A DNA stretch of 33,451 nt from Choristocarpus tenellus KU-1152 (taxonomy: Eukaryota; Protista; Phaeophyceae): NCBI GenBank assembly GCA_964200185.2, contig CAXNAD020000063.1, forward strand, positions 1 to 33,451, given 5' to 3'. The position numbers and the translations under genes are program-made. Positions 33,302 through 33,451 of this stretch are shown here, piece by piece. Position 1 is the stretch's first letter; the number at the start of each line of letters is the position of its first letter. The notes under the pieces were generated by a model. The model was given only the letters and a program-made list of their open reading frames with translations, did not search any database and had not been told where the DNA came from.

Positions 33302-33451
33302 GTACATTGTTAAAGGCTACCTTTTCAGTTTGACAACTAGTTCACATTTCTTCTTTCCCCCATACTTCTGCTTTAACCCTAACCCTACTTCTCCTACCCC
33401 CCCTTACCCTTTAAACACACTCTCACATGTTTCTCACCTCAAATGACAGGT

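Overview
This is eukaryotic, intron-rich genomic DNA. The C/A-rich 3' intron ends closing on ...ACAG resemble brown algae or other stramenopiles, but that taxonomy is inference only. Most of the supplied ORF track is noise or exon fragments. By hand-splicing, two head-to-head genes explain the window. (1) A minus-strand ankyrin-repeat gene starts at ATG 2865, has 3 exons that I can find, and appears to run off the left edge. (2) A very large plus-strand gene has about 33 phase-compatible exons from ~3086 to at least 33301 (about 2,500 aa so far) and probably continues past the right edge. It encodes a long low-complexity N-terminal half, ~15 IQ calmodulin-binding motifs, a SAM-like domain and a possible degenerate WW-like segment. 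Up to four of its introns appear to use GC donors (AG|GCAAG). Its introns hold seven copies of a ~256-bp MITE with GAG...CTC termini, a ~23-bp TIR and 3- or 4-bp TSDs. One copy is nested in another, and one sits 8 nt upstream of an exon start. There is also a related 180-bp MITE, a 62-66-bp tandem repeat made of splice-site-like motifs, microsatellites and possibly decayed coding relics. I saw no RNA genes, CRISPR arrays or prokaryotic systems.
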